Source: Thermodesulfobacterium commune DSM 2178
GTDB lineage: Bacteria > Desulfobacterota > Thermodesulfobacteria > Thermodesulfobacteriales > Thermodesulfobacteriaceae
Length of the DNA stretch: 32,000 bases
Reading direction: 5' to 3'
Assembly: GCF_000734015.1 (NCBI RefSeq)
Contig: NZ_CP008796.1
Span: 570,001 to 602,000, forward strand
The notes under the pieces were generated by a model, which did no database searches, was not told the origin of the DNA, and worked only from the letters and a program-made list of their open reading frames with translations. The position numbers were made by a program, and so were the translations under genes. Each line of letters opens with the position of its first letter. Position 1 is the first letter of the stretch. Below are positions 1 through 9,422 of this stretch, piece after piece.

Positions 1-22
1 ATTTTATGCTGAAGGGGGATTC

Positions 23-1366
23 ATGACAAGGATAGCTCTTGGCAAAGAGTTACAAATTTTAAAAAACCTAATAACTGATATGGCAAAAAATGTAGATGAA
101 ATGGTAAATGGTACTATTTTAGCTTTAAATAAATTAGACCCTACGTTAGCAGAAAGGGTAATTAAGGCAGATGACCAGATAGATTATTATGAACATATGG
201 TATGCCAAACAGCTCTTGAGATCATAGCTTTACAACAGCCAGTAGCCAAAGACTTGCGATTTGTTATTACTGCTATAGACATAGCTAAAAACTTAGAAAG
301 GACTGCAGATCAATCGGTTAACATAGCCTACAGCGCCAAAACTTTATCCAAACAAGAAAACAAAGCTTTTCCTGAATGTAAAGTGGCTATAGAGGAGATG
401 GCAAATGAAGCCTTAACGATGCTCCATTCAGCGATCAATGCCTTTGTCACTGAAAACACTCAGAGAGCAAGGTCTGTAATAGAATATGATTCCATAGTAG
501 ACCGTTTACAGCAAGATTTGATCGAAGATGTTAAAAACTGCATGAAAAAAAACCCGCAAAATATAGACCAAGGTGTGGAGTACATCAAGGTAATAGAAAA
601 TATAGAAAGGATAGCTGATTTAGCAACTAACATAGCAGAAGGAGTAATATTCGTTGCTGAAGGGAGAATAGTAAAACTTGAAGAGGAAAGTGTTTCTCTA
701 ATAACTCTTAAAAAAGAAATTTTAAAAGATCTCCCGGTGTTTGAACTTTTAAGAAGACATGCTCGGTTAGTTATAGAATGCGTTGAAAGACTTTCTCTTT
801 CCTTAGAGGCTTATTTTCACCGCAATCAGCAAAGACTTGAAGAAACAGCTCAACATATTTTTGAAATAGAAAAAGAAGCTGATAAGCTTAAAAGGAACAT
901 CAGAGGACACCTCCCCAAGGGAATTATATTGCCTGTAGAGAGATTTGAGCTTTTTCTATATTTAAAAGAACAGGACGCTATTGCTGATGTAGCTGAGGAG
1001 ATATTAAACTGGCTTTCTTTTAAACATATTCCCTTATCTTTTGAGCTTTTTAAGCAAATAGAAGAATTACTTAACCAAAGTATTAAGCCTCTTGAGTTTT
1101 TAGAAGATATGATTTTATATTCAGCAGATTTTATTTTAACCAAAAATGAAGAAAGTAGAAATCGAGCCAAAGAGTTGATTAGAGAAATCAGATATGCCCA
1201 ATACCTATCTGAGGAATACGGAAATAAGGTTAAAAAAGCTATTTTCAATCAGATAGAAGACCCTTTAAATCTTTTCTATTTCTTAAAACTCGTAGATTTG
1301 ATTTTAGGAATCTCGCATCATGCTGAAAACACAGCAGACCTTATGAGGGCAATGATAGCCAAATAA
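23..1366 (+). CDS. PhoU-family phosphate-signalling protein fused to a C-terminal DUF47 (PhoU_div/YkaA-like) domain, 447 aa
   Basis: The N-terminal ~215 aa read as the two PhoU repeats (ADDQIDYYEHMV, AKNLERTADQSVNIA, IENIERIADLATNIAEG). Residues ~225-447 read as DUF47 (IFEIEKEADKLKRNIRGHL, PVERFELFLYLKEQDAIADVAEEI, HHAENTADLMRAMI). An SD-like AAGGGGG lies 4 nt upstream of the ATG. It is one uninterrupted ORF. Confidence 0.8.
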   Translation: MTRIALGKELQILKNLITDMAKNVDEMVNGTILALNKLDPTLAERVIKADDQIDYYEHMVCQTALEIIALQQPVAKDLRFVITAIDIAKNLERTADQSVNIAYSAKTLSKQENKAFPECKVAIEEMANEALTMLHSAINAFVTENTQRARSVIEYDSIVDRLQQDLIEDVKNCMKKNPQNIDQGVEYIKVIENIERIADLATNIAEGVIFVAEGRIVKLEEESVSLITLKKEILKDLPVFELLRRHARLVIECVERLSLSLEAYFHRNQQRLEETAQHIFEIEKEADKLKRNIRGHLPKGIILPVERFELFLYLKEQDAIADVAEEILNWLSFKHIPLSFELFKQIEELLNQSIKPLEFLEDMILYSADFILTKNEESRNRAKELIREIRYAQYLSEEYGNKVKKAIFNQIEDPLNLFYFLKLVDLILGISHHAENTADLMRAMIAK

Positions 1367-1381
1367 AAAGGTACACAAACC

Positions 1382-1993
1382 TTATTTTATCAATCGCCCT
1401 AATCTGTCTAACCTTATTTTAAAATGCTCCGAATCCCAAGAAAAGTATATGATTAAAGCTCTACCCTTTAGATATTCTATCGGAACAAACCCCCAGAAAC
1501 GACTATCATAACTTTGATCCCTGTTATCTCCTAATACAAAAATTTTCCCTGGCGGAACTTTTATTGGTCCTAAGTTGTCCCGAGGGCTAACCTCCCGAGG
1601 ATAGACCTCAGGGTCGGTAAACTGAACATAAGGTTCATAAAGCAATTGCCCGTTAACATAAACTTTTTTATTTACTATCTGCACTGTATCCCCAGGAAGC
1701 CCTATAACTCTCTTTATAAAATCTAACTTTTTATCAAGAGGATAGGTAAAAACTACTACCTCTTGTCTTTTGGGTAACTCTCTAAAATACAAAAACCCAT
1801 CTTTAATAGGATGTTTTATTCCAAAAGAAAGTTTGTTTACCAAAAGGTAATCTCCTATTAAAAGGGTTGGGACCATCGACCCTGAAGGGATTTTATAAGC
1901 CTGAACCACAAAAGTCCTGATAAAGAGGGCTAAGATCAAAGCTATAACTAAACTTTTTATCCAGTCTAAAACTTTGTTTTTGCTGGTATCCAT
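1382..1993 (-). CDS. lepB: Signal peptidase I
   Basis: N-terminal TM helix, catalytic Ser box PSGSMVPTL, Lys box IKRVIGLPGD and the GDNRDQSYDSRFWG box. It lies 22 nt downstream of lepA on the same strand, the classic lepA-lepB order. Confidence 0.92.
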   Translation of the reverse strand: MDTSKNKVLDWIKSLVIALILALFIRTFVVQAYKIPSGSMVPTLLIGDYLLVNKLSFGIKHPIKDGFLYFRELPKRQEVVVFTYPLDKKLDFIKRVIGLPGDTVQIVNKKVYVNGQLLYEPYVQFTDPEVYPREVSPRDNLGPIKVPPGKIFVLGDNRDQSYDSRFWGFVPIEYLKGRALIIYFSWDSEHFKIRLDRLGRLIK

Positions 1994-2015
1994 TTAGACC
2001 TCTGTTTAAAATTTT

Positions 2016-3827
2016 TTAAATTTTTAGTATAGCAAGAAATGCTTCCTGAGGAATTTCTATCTGACCTATAGCTTTAAGCCTCTTTTTACCTTCTTTCTGT
2101 TTTTCTAAAAGTTTTTTCTTTCTGGTTACGTCTCCTCCATAGCACTTGGCAAGTACGTCTTTTCTGAGAGGTGCAATCCTTTCTCTGGCTATAATTTTAC
2201 TCCCAATGGCAGCCTGTATTATTACCTCAAAAAGCTGTCTCGGGATAACCTCCTTTAACTTAGCAGCCAGTTCTCTTCCTCGGTAATAAGCTTTATCCCT
2301 GTGGACTATTAAAGATAAAGCATCTACCGGTTGTTTGTTTATCAAGATATCCATCTTGACCAAATCTCCTGGCTTATAACCGATAAACTGATAGTCTAAA
2401 GAGGCATAACCTTTAGAATAACTTTTGAGTTTATCATAAAAATCAAGCACTACCTCACTAAAGGAAATTTCGTAAACAAGCACACACCTTTCTGGTGTGA
2501 GAAACTTAAGTTCTTTCTGAATACCTCTCTTTTCCTCACAGAGATTTATCAATTGTCCTAAAAATTCCTTAGGGGTATAAATTTCTGCCCTAATATACGG
2601 CTCAAGCACCTCCTCTATCAATCCCGGATCAGGCCATTTTGCAGGGTTTTCAACCTCTAATTCTTTGCCGTTTTTAAGTCTCACTTTATATTTCACCGAG
2701 GGAGAGGTAGAGATAAGGTTTAAGTTATATTCTCTTTCTAAACGTTCTTGCACGATTTCCATGTGTAAGAGTCCCTGGAAACCACACCTAAAACCAAATC
2801 CTAAGGCTGCAGAGGTCTCCATTTCATAAGAAAAAGCTGGGTCGTTTAACCAAAGTTTTTCTATGGCTTCTTTTAGGTCTTCAAAATCATCACTATCAAC
2901 CGGGAAAATACCTGCAAAAACCACAGGTTTTTGTTCTTTAAACCCTGGAAGAGGTGCTACCTGAGCCTGCGCCTCAGTAATGGTATCACCGATCTTAGCC
3001 TCTCTCACCTCTTTTATAGAGGCAGCAATAAACCCAACCTCTCCGGCTACCAGCATGTCTATTGACGTTGCCTCTGGGGCAAAAACCCCTACTTTGGTAA
3101 CTTCATACACCTTACCTGTAGAATAAAACCTTATTTTTTGCCCTGGATAGATCTTGCCATCGACTACTTTGATTAAAACTACCACACCAAGATAAGGGTC
3201 ATACCAAGAATCAAAAACCAAAGCCCTAAGAGGTTTTTCTCTAAAACCACCAGGAGAGGGTATCTTTTTAACTATTGCCTCCAAGACTTCTTTAATCCCT
3301 ATTCCAAGTTTAGCACTAACCAGGATGGCCTCTTCTGCTGAAAGCCCTATCACCTCTTCTATTTCTTTTTTAGTTTTTTCCACATCTGCCTGAGGAAGGT
3401 CTATCTTGTTGATAACCGGTATGATTTCTAAATTATTCTCTAAAGCTAAGTAGACGTTAGCTAAAGTTTGAGCCTCTACCCCTTGAGAAGCATCTACCAC
3501 AAGCAATGCCCCCTCACAAGCCGCAAGAGCTCTTGAAACCTCATAGGTAAAGTCTACATGCCCTGGGGTATCGATCAGGTTAAACTGATAAACCTCTCCG
3601 TCTTCAGCCTGATAGTATAGACGCACTGCCTGAGCTTTGATGGTTATACCTCTCTCTCTTTCCAGGTCCAGACGGTCTAAATACTGATCTCTCATCTCTC
3701 TGGATGAAACCGCACCTGTAAACTCTAAAATTCTATCAGCAAGCGTAGATTTACCGTGGTCGATATGAGCGATAATACTAAAATTTCTAATTTTTTCTTG
3801 GGGAAAAATCTTTTGTTCCTTTTTCAT
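2016..3827 (-). CDS. lepA: Elongation factor 4 (translational GTPase LepA)
   Basis: 603 aa. G-domain motifs [14 protein letters not shown] and NKID, plus the LepA-specific C-terminal region ([25 protein letters not shown]). Length is typical. Confidence 0.97.
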   Translation of the reverse strand: MKKEQKIFPQEKIRNFSIIAHIDHGKSTLADRILEFTGAVSSREMRDQYLDRLDLERERGITIKAQAVRLYYQAEDGEVYQFNLIDTPGHVDFTYEVSRALAACEGALLVVDASQGVEAQTLANVYLALENNLEIIPVINKIDLPQADVEKTKKEIEEVIGLSAEEAILVSAKLGIGIKEVLEAIVKKIPSPGGFREKPLRALVFDSWYDPYLGVVVLIKVVDGKIYPGQKIRFYSTGKVYEVTKVGVFAPEATSIDMLVAGEVGFIAASIKEVREAKIGDTITEAQAQVAPLPGFKEQKPVVFAGIFPVDSDDFEDLKEAIEKLWLNDPAFSYEMETSAALGFGFRCGFQGLLHMEIVQERLEREYNLNLISTSPSVKYKVRLKNGKELEVENPAKWPDPGLIEEVLEPYIRAEIYTPKEFLGQLINLCEEKRGIQKELKFLTPERCVLVYEISFSEVVLDFYDKLKSYSKGYASLDYQFIGYKPGDLVKMDILINKQPVDALSLIVHRDKAYYRGRELAAKLKEVIPRQLFEVIIQAAIGSKIIARERIAPLRKDVLAKCYGGDVTRKKKLLEKQKEGKKRLKAIGQIEIPQEAFLAILKI

Positions 3828-3870
3828 AGCATTTAAAAAAATAACAAACTTGTTAGAAAAAACAAGGTAC

Positions 3871-4674
3871 CTACTCTCCTATTTTAGGAAGTTTACCTGC
3901 CTTTTTCGCAAGTTTAAAGGCATAACCAAAAACCCCTAAACTAAAACCTAAGTACACCAAGTTAAGAAGATAAGATTTAACCACCCAGTCTACCTTCCAC
4001 TTTCCTGCAAATAAAATTTCTCTCATGGTTTCAAATAGGTAAGAAGCAGGAACCAGTTTAGCTAAACTCTGTAAAGGTTCTGGTAAAATTTCTACTGGAT
4101 AAAACACCGCAGAAAAAGGTAGAAACAACAAAGCCAAAGCCCATGCAAGAATCTCTGCCTCTTGTCCAAAAAACAAAAGAAAAGACATCGTAAGTAGACC
4201 AATACTCCAGGCAAAAAGTAACAAACCATAAACCAAAAGAAAAAGTTGTAAACCTGTTAACCAAAACTTAAAATGAAAAACCAATCCCGCTATAACCACC
4301 ATAAGAAAAGAGGCAATAGCTGCCTTAAAAATACTGTAAACAATAAGTCCAGCTAAATATTCATAGACTCTTATAGGAGAAACGAAAATATACACCAAAT
4401 TTCTGGACCAAACATCCTCTAAAAAACCTACAGCTAATCCTTGTTGAGCCCGTATTAAAATGTTCCAAAAAATCAAAGCCCCTATAAACTGAAAAGCCCA
4501 AAAATTGTTAGAATAGGCCTCTTTTTGGAGATAGACGGTGATGAAACCCCAAAGTAAAAGATCAACCGTTGGCCAATACAAAAGGTCTAACCATCGGCTT
4601 GGACTATGTTTTAAAAGAAAAAAATGTCTTAAAATTACTCCGTAAACCCTACGAACGTTAAAAACTTGTTTCAT
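3871..4674 (-). CDS. ABC-2 type transporter permease
   Basis: Six predicted hydrophobic helices. It directly follows, and overlaps by 17 nt, the ABC ATPase gene. I prefer the ATG at 4674 (MKQVFNVRR...) over the ORF-track start at 4725, which would put 68 nt inside the ATPase gene. Confidence 0.8.
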   Translation of the reverse strand: MKQVFNVRRVYGVILRHFFLLKHSPSRWLDLLYWPTVDLLLWGFITVYLQKEAYSNNFWAFQFIGALIFWNILIRAQQGLAVGFLEDVWSRNLVYIFVSPIRVYEYLAGLIVYSIFKAAIASFLMVVIAGLVFHFKFWLTGLQLFLLVYGLLLFAWSIGLLTMSFLLFFGQEAEILAWALALLFLPFSAVFYPVEILPEPLQSLAKLVPASYLFETMREILFAGKWKVDWVVKSYLLNLVYLGFSLGVFGYAFKLAKKAGKLPKIGE

Positions 4675-5389
4675 CGAACACCTTAAAATATAGCTCCTCC
4701 AGAGATTTAACCTGAAAAGCCTCAAATAAATCCTTTAACTCACCAAAGCCAACCACCTTCCCTTGTTTAAGTAGAAGAATTTTGTTAGCTATCCTTTCTA
4801 ACTCACCTAACTGATGAGAAGTAAGAACGATAGTAATCTTTCTTGAGATCACCTCTTCTTTTAAAATCTGAGAGATATACTTTACATACTCAGGATCAAG
4901 ACCAGCAGTAGGTTCATCTAAAAACACTATCTCTGGACGATGTAAAAAAGCCCTAACCAAGTTTAAACGCATCATTTCTCCTGACGAGAGATAACGGGTT
5001 AACACCTTTTTTTTATGATAAAGTTTAAACAATTCCAATAATTCATCTATTCTTTTATTCAGAGAAGAGACTTCATAGAAATGACCAAAAACTTTTAAGT
5101 TTTCTTCTACGGTGAGGGAATAAGGGAGATTAAGATATTGTGAAGCAAAGCCAAGCTTAATAAGTATTTCTGTTTTGTGTTTTTTAAAATCTTTACCAAA
5201 ATAAAACACCTGACCAGAAGTAGGAAGGACTATATCTAACAAAAGATAAAGTAATGTAGTTTTACCCGCTCCGTTAGGACCTATTATTCCTAATATATCT
5301 CCCCTTTTTAGTTCAAAGGATACCTTTTCAAGCACCCTTTTAGAACCAAAAATCTTAGAAAGAGAGACTGTTTTGAGGACTTGACTCAT
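4658..5389 (-). CDS. ABC transporter ATP-binding protein (ABC-2/DrrA-NatA-like exporter class)
   Basis: Walker A GPNGAGKTT, signature LSSGEMMRL, Walker B IVFLDEPTAGLD and H-loop TSHQ. 243 aa. Confidence 0.92.
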   Translation of the reverse strand: MSQVLKTVSLSKIFGSKRVLEKVSFELKRGDILGIIGPNGAGKTTLLYLLLDIVLPTSGQVFYFGKDFKKHKTEILIKLGFASQYLNLPYSLTVEENLKVFGHFYEVSSLNKRIDELLELFKLYHKKKVLTRYLSSGEMMRLNLVRAFLHRPEIVFLDEPTAGLDPEYVKYISQILKEEVISRKITIVLTSHQLGELERIANKILLLKQGKVVGFGELKDLFEAFQVKSLEELYFKVFDETSF

Positions 5390-5390
5390 A

Positions 5391-5424
5391 ATAAAAAACC
5401 CCTAATCGCAGGGTTGATTAGGGG
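5391..5424 (-). terminator. Rho-independent terminator-like hairpin downstream of the 70-aa gene
   Basis: Minus strand reads AAACCCCTAATC-AACCCTGC-GATTAGGGGTTT followed by TTTTTTATT. The core stem is 9 bp (5399-5407 pairs with 5416-5424), extendable by 3 A-U pairs. The T-tract runs directly into the ATG of the ABC ATPase gene at 5389. Confidence 0.55.
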
Positions 5425-5467
5425 TTTGAATACATTCAAAAGGCTTAAGATGATTTAAATTAAGAAT

Positions 5468-5680
5468 TTAAGATATTTTAGCCTTTTCTAACCTTGCCAA
5501 AGCTTCGTCTAAGGTCATAATACCTTTAGCCACAGCATAAGCTACGTAAGAATATACTGTAGTATCATATCCCTCTGGACGAGGAAAAAGTCCCTTAGCA
5601 CGAAGTTTAGCTAACTTTTCTCTTCTCCTTCTCCTTCTTTCGATCTCTTTTTGTCTTTCTAATTTTTTGTGTCTTGCCAT
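5468..5680 (-). CDS. Small arginine/lysine-rich hypothetical protein, 70 aa
   Basis: The ATG at 5680 is preceded by a strong SD (GGAGGGG, 3-nt spacer). The ORF-track TTG start at 5692 lies inside that SD and is rejected. Sequence is MARHKKLERQKEIERRRRRREKLAKLRAKG..., followed by a short hydrophobic/helical C-terminus. It has its own promoter and terminator. I recognise no family. Confidence 0.6.
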   Translation of the reverse strand: MARHKKLERQKEIERRRRRREKLAKLRAKGLFPRPEGYDTTVYSYVAYAVAKGIMTLDEALARLEKAKIS

Positions 5681-5715
5681 TAGCCCCTCCAATCAACGTA
5701 TTAAAGGTTTGTAAA

Positions 5716-5743
5716 AATATATAATTTTTTATCTTTTTGTCAA
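5716..5743 (-). promoter_or_regulatory. Sigma-70-type promoter for the 70-aa gene
   Basis: On the minus strand, TTGACA (5743-5738), a 16-nt spacer, then TATATT (5721-5716). It lies about 35 nt upstream of the ATG. Confidence 0.5.
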
Positions 5744-5757
5744 GTCTGATATTTAAA
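5744..5757. repeat. Left copy of the 14-bp direct repeat (target-site duplication) flanking the outer IS remnant
   Basis: GTCTGATATTTAAA is identical to 8015-8028. Each copy abuts the TGT/ACA terminus of the element. Confidence 0.75.
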
Positions 5758-5819
5758 TGTAAGTTCAAAATTAAAATGTCACATATTATTCTAGCTAGAG
5801 TTTAAATCAGTCAGAAAGA

Positions 5820-6331
5820 GGAGAAGTTGTAAACAAAAACACTACCCTTAAGGATGCTGCCAAAATACTCGGCATCTCATCCTGTCAGGCTATTCGTCTA
5901 AAGAAAAATTTCTCTACCCAAGGCTTAAAAGGTCTCTTGAGAAAAAAAACTCTACCCATCCTCCTAACCTCAAACTCTCCCCAGACCTGAAACAAAAAAA
6001 TCATTCATCTAAGAACTACTATCTGCTCTGAACTTAACATCTTTCATTTTTAAGACTTCCTTGTCAGAAATCCACCTAAGCCATGAAACCATCAGACAAC
6101 TACTCATCAAAGAAGGCCTTCACATCTCCCAAAAACAAAAAACACTATCTACAAAGAAAGAATATCTAAAGCAGGATTGCTTGTTCAGGTGGATTTTTCT
6201 ATCCTTCGATGGATAGAAAATATCGAACAACCCTGGTGTTTAATAGCTATGATAGATGATGGGAATGGTAAAATCTATGCAGAGTTTCATCCCAGAGACA
6301 CCACTAAGTCTAATATGAAGGTTATAAAGAG
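5820..6331 (+). pseudogene. N-terminal part of an HTH + integrase-core (rve) transposase, frameshifted
   Basis: Three frames are needed to read it. The fragments are GEVVNKNTTLKDAAKILGISSCQAIRLKKNFSTQGLKGLL (HTH), HPPNLKLSPDLKQKIIHLRTTICSELNIFHF, and GLLVQVDFSILRWIENIEQPWCLIAMIDDGNGKIYAEFHPRDTTKSNMKVIKS (first catalytic D region). Several in-frame stops are present. The fragment is cut by the IS256 insertion at 6332-6339. Confidence 0.75.
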
Positions 6332-6339
6332 TAAAAAGG
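6332..6339. repeat. Left copy of the 8-bp target-site duplication of the IS256-family element
   Basis: TAAAAAGG is repeated exactly at 7679-7686. Removing the IS plus one copy rejoins the flanking rve-transposase fragments. Confidence 0.75.
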
Positions 6340-7678
6340 GACACTTGTCAAGAGAATTGTGTCTCCTTATAAAATCTCTTTACAAACATTTGCCTCAATT
6401 CGTATAAAGCAGACTTAATTAAAGGAAGTGGTTTTTGCCATCTCGTTTTCTGAATCCGACTTACTGTTATGTATATCGCAACCTCTGCTGTCTTGATTGA
6501 TTGAAAATATCCCCCTGTATTTACCCTTATCAGCTCTATCCTGCTATTTATATTCTCAACCACATTCGTCGTGTATATATACCTCCTCACCCCCTCAGGA
6601 TATTTCTTATAAACAAAATAATGCTCCTTCTTTTTCAAAAGTCCCTTTATATAAGCTGGATACTTCTTCTCATAACTCTTACATAATTCCTCAAATCTAT
6701 TTAAGGCCCTCTCATACTCCTCTATCCTCTTTATAATGCTTAACTCCTCATAAAATTTTTTAGCATCCTGCTTAGACATGTTCCTGTTGATGTTCCTTTG
6801 CATGTGTACAAAACAAAGCTGATGATCTGTCTCAGGAAAGAGGGCTTTTATGGCTTGAGTAAGGCCAGGAAAATCATCACTCACTATTACCATAACCCTC
6901 TTAACTCCCCTCTTTATCAAATCATTAAGTATCTGGAGCCAGTCCTCCTTCGTCTCTGAACCAAAATAAATGTAATAAGAAAGTAAATTTTTTCTTCCCT
7001 CCATATCTATCCCGATGATATTATAAATAACTGCTTTTCTGATTCTGTTGGCTTCGGTATCTTTTATCTGAGTATGATAAGCGTCTATAAACATAGCAAA
7101 CAAATTTTCTGGCAATTCTTTGGTTTTTAATTCTTTGGCTTGGTTATACAATTCTTCTTTAATTTCTTCTATTTGTTCTGGGGAGTAGGGGAGTTTCATA
7201 GATTGCAAGAGGGCTTTGATTTTATTGGGGGAGTAGCTTTGGAGAACGAGGTTAAGGATAAAGTCCTGGAAGGATTCATCAGCTTTTTGCCATTCAGGAG
7301 GAAGAATAGCAGGTCTGAATTCAGATTTTCTATCTCTTGGGACAGAGATACCAAGGTTACCTAAGAAACAGGCAAGTTGTCTTTCATAGTAACCATTAGC
7401 TTTATTATCAATACTATCTCTAAGGAATATTTCTCTTTCTTTTTTCATGAGAGCGTTTAAGAGGAGTGCAGCAGCCATTTTGATACCCTCTTTTGATTCA
7501 ATTTTTGAGATTTCACTTAAAACTTTTTCTAAATCTAAGTCTAAGTTTTCCATTTTACAGACCTCCTGGTTAGTTTAGTCTTTTAGGTTTTATGTTATCA
7601 TTAATTTAAAAAATATTAAAAATTTTTATTATGCCTCTAAAATATTTTATTAAAAGACACAATTTATATTCTACTCCC
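6340..7678 (-). mobile_element. IS256-family insertion sequence, apparently intact (1339 bp)
   Basis: The terminal inverted repeats share the core AATTGTGTCT (6355-6364, with its reverse complement at 7655-7664). That core resembles the TAATTGTGT core I recall from IS256 itself. The outer ends start G(G)GA. There is one full-length Mutator-type transposase ORF. The 8-bp TSD and the size both fit the family. Confidence 0.85.
6348..7553 (-). CDS. IS256-family (Mutator-type, PF00872-like) transposase, 401 aa
   Basis: DDE triad contexts MFIDAYH, IVSDDFPGLTQAI and YTTNVVENINSRIE. Also present are the typical N-terminal LLNALMKKEREIFL helix and the CFVHMQRN motif. There are no internal stops. Confidence 0.9.
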   Translation of the reverse strand: MENLDLDLEKVLSEISKIESKEGIKMAAALLLNALMKKEREIFLRDSIDNKANGYYERQLACFLGNLGISVPRDRKSEFRPAILPPEWQKADESFQDFILNLVLQSYSPNKIKALLQSMKLPYSPEQIEEIKEELYNQAKELKTKELPENLFAMFIDAYHTQIKDTEANRIRKAVIYNIIGIDMEGRKNLLSYYIYFGSETKEDWLQILNDLIKRGVKRVMVIVSDDFPGLTQAIKALFPETDHQLCFVHMQRNINRNMSKQDAKKFYEELSIIKRIEEYERALNRFEELCKSYEKKYPAYIKGLLKKKEHYFVYKKYPEGVRRYIYTTNVVENINSRIELIRVNTGGYFQSIKTAEVAIYITVSRIQKTRWQKPLPLIKSALYELRQMFVKRFYKETQFS

Positions 7679-7686
7679 TAAAAAGG
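7679..7686. repeat. Right copy of the 8-bp TSD of the IS256-family element
   Basis: TAAAAAGG, identical to 6332-6339. Confidence 0.75.
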
Positions 7687-7980
7687 TCTCTTTTTTGCCC
7701 TTTATACAGACAAAGCGTCCCACTTTAAGACCGTCCGACATGGAGGGGTTTCATTATGATGTTAGATTAGAACACAGAGAGACACAGATTCAGATGGCAT
7801 TAAAAGAGCTTAATATAGAAATTATTCATGCTAACAGTCCTAAAGCAAAGAGGAGGATTTAGAGGCTTTTTAGGTTTTGTTAGGATAGGTTGATAAAAAG
7901 GAAAAAGAAGTGGAAACCTGCTTCAGATCACTCTCAGCGTTGGTATCCAAAAATAAAAAGTGAGATGGCATTTGAAACTT
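7687..7980 (+). pseudogene. C-terminal part of the same rve-type transposase pseudogene
   Basis: KGLFFALYTDKASHFKT and, in another frame, ETQIQMALKELNIEIIHANSPKAKRRI-stop-RLF...DRLIK. These match the ...ALYTD... and ...ANSPQAKGRIER...QDRLVKEL pattern of ISNCY-type integrase-core transposases. The distal third of the protein is missing except for a KKKWKPASDH tail. Confidence 0.7.
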
Positions 7981-8014
7981 GAAATAATATGTGACATCCT
8001 TCCTTGGAGCAACA

Positions 8015-8028
8015 GTCTGATATTTAAA
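8015..8028. repeat. Right copy of the 14-bp direct repeat flanking the outer IS remnant
   Basis: GTCTGATATTTAAA, identical to 5744-5757. Confidence 0.75.
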
Positions 8029-8057
8029 ATTCATAGAAAAAATGAGGGGTTGAATAG

Positions 8058-9413
<1,356 letters not shown>

Positions 9414-9422
9414 GACTGATTT

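Larger units (their letters stand above)
5758..8014 (+). mobile_element. Decayed rve/DDE (ISNCY/IS1202-like or IS481-like) insertion sequence remnant carrying a nested IS256-family element
   Basis: The ends are TGT...ACA. The imperfect terminal inverted repeats share a perfect 15-bp core, ATGTCACATATTATT at 5776-5790 and its reverse complement at 7983-7997. The core lies 18 nt from the left tip and 17 nt from the right tip. A perfect 14-bp direct repeat flanks the element. The interior encodes only frameshifted, internally deleted transposase fragments. Without the nested IS the remnant is only ~0.9 kb. Confidence 0.75.

Noticed and set aside
850-1248. 132-aa ORF antisense to the PhoU-DUF47 gene
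   Set aside because: It lies entirely inside a gene with clear family motifs on the other strand. Its composition is S/L/I-rich and low-complexity, typical of the reverse frame of K/E-rich coding sequence. It has no SD.
3849-3866. Hairpin CTTGTT-n6-AACAAG followed by a T-rich run between the permease gene and lepA
   Set aside because: The stem is only 6 bp with 2 G-C pairs, and lepA has no promoter downstream of it. It is too weak to call a terminator.
4058-4264. 68-aa ORF within the ABC-2 permease gene, same strand but a different frame
   Set aside because: It is embedded in a well-supported membrane-protein gene and has no independent start signals.
4675-4725. Upstream start (MRLFRLNLW...) for the permease
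   Set aside because: It would overlap the ATPase gene by 68 nt. The ATG at 4674 gives a normal short overlap and a typical ABC-2 N-terminus.
5681-5692. TTG start giving MEGLMARHKK for the small protein
   Set aside because: The TTG sits inside the GGAGGGG Shine-Dalgarno that serves the ATG at 5680.
5744-5757. Idea that the 14-bp duplicated target is a dif/XerCD-like site, as reported for some IS1202-family members
   Set aside because: GTCTGATATTTAAA and its flanks show no convincing similarity to the dif consensus as I remember it. I cannot support this from the sequence alone.
6177-6407. 76-aa plus-strand ORF
   Set aside because: It is a chimera. Its first two-thirds are a fragment of the rve-type transposase pseudogene. 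The rest reads across the IS256 insertion junction into the inverted repeat and the antisense strand of the IS256 transposase.
6497-7364. Three short plus-strand ORFs (6497-6736, 6501-6686, 7140-7364)
   Set aside because: They are antisense to the intact IS256-family transposase gene and show no motifs or start signals.
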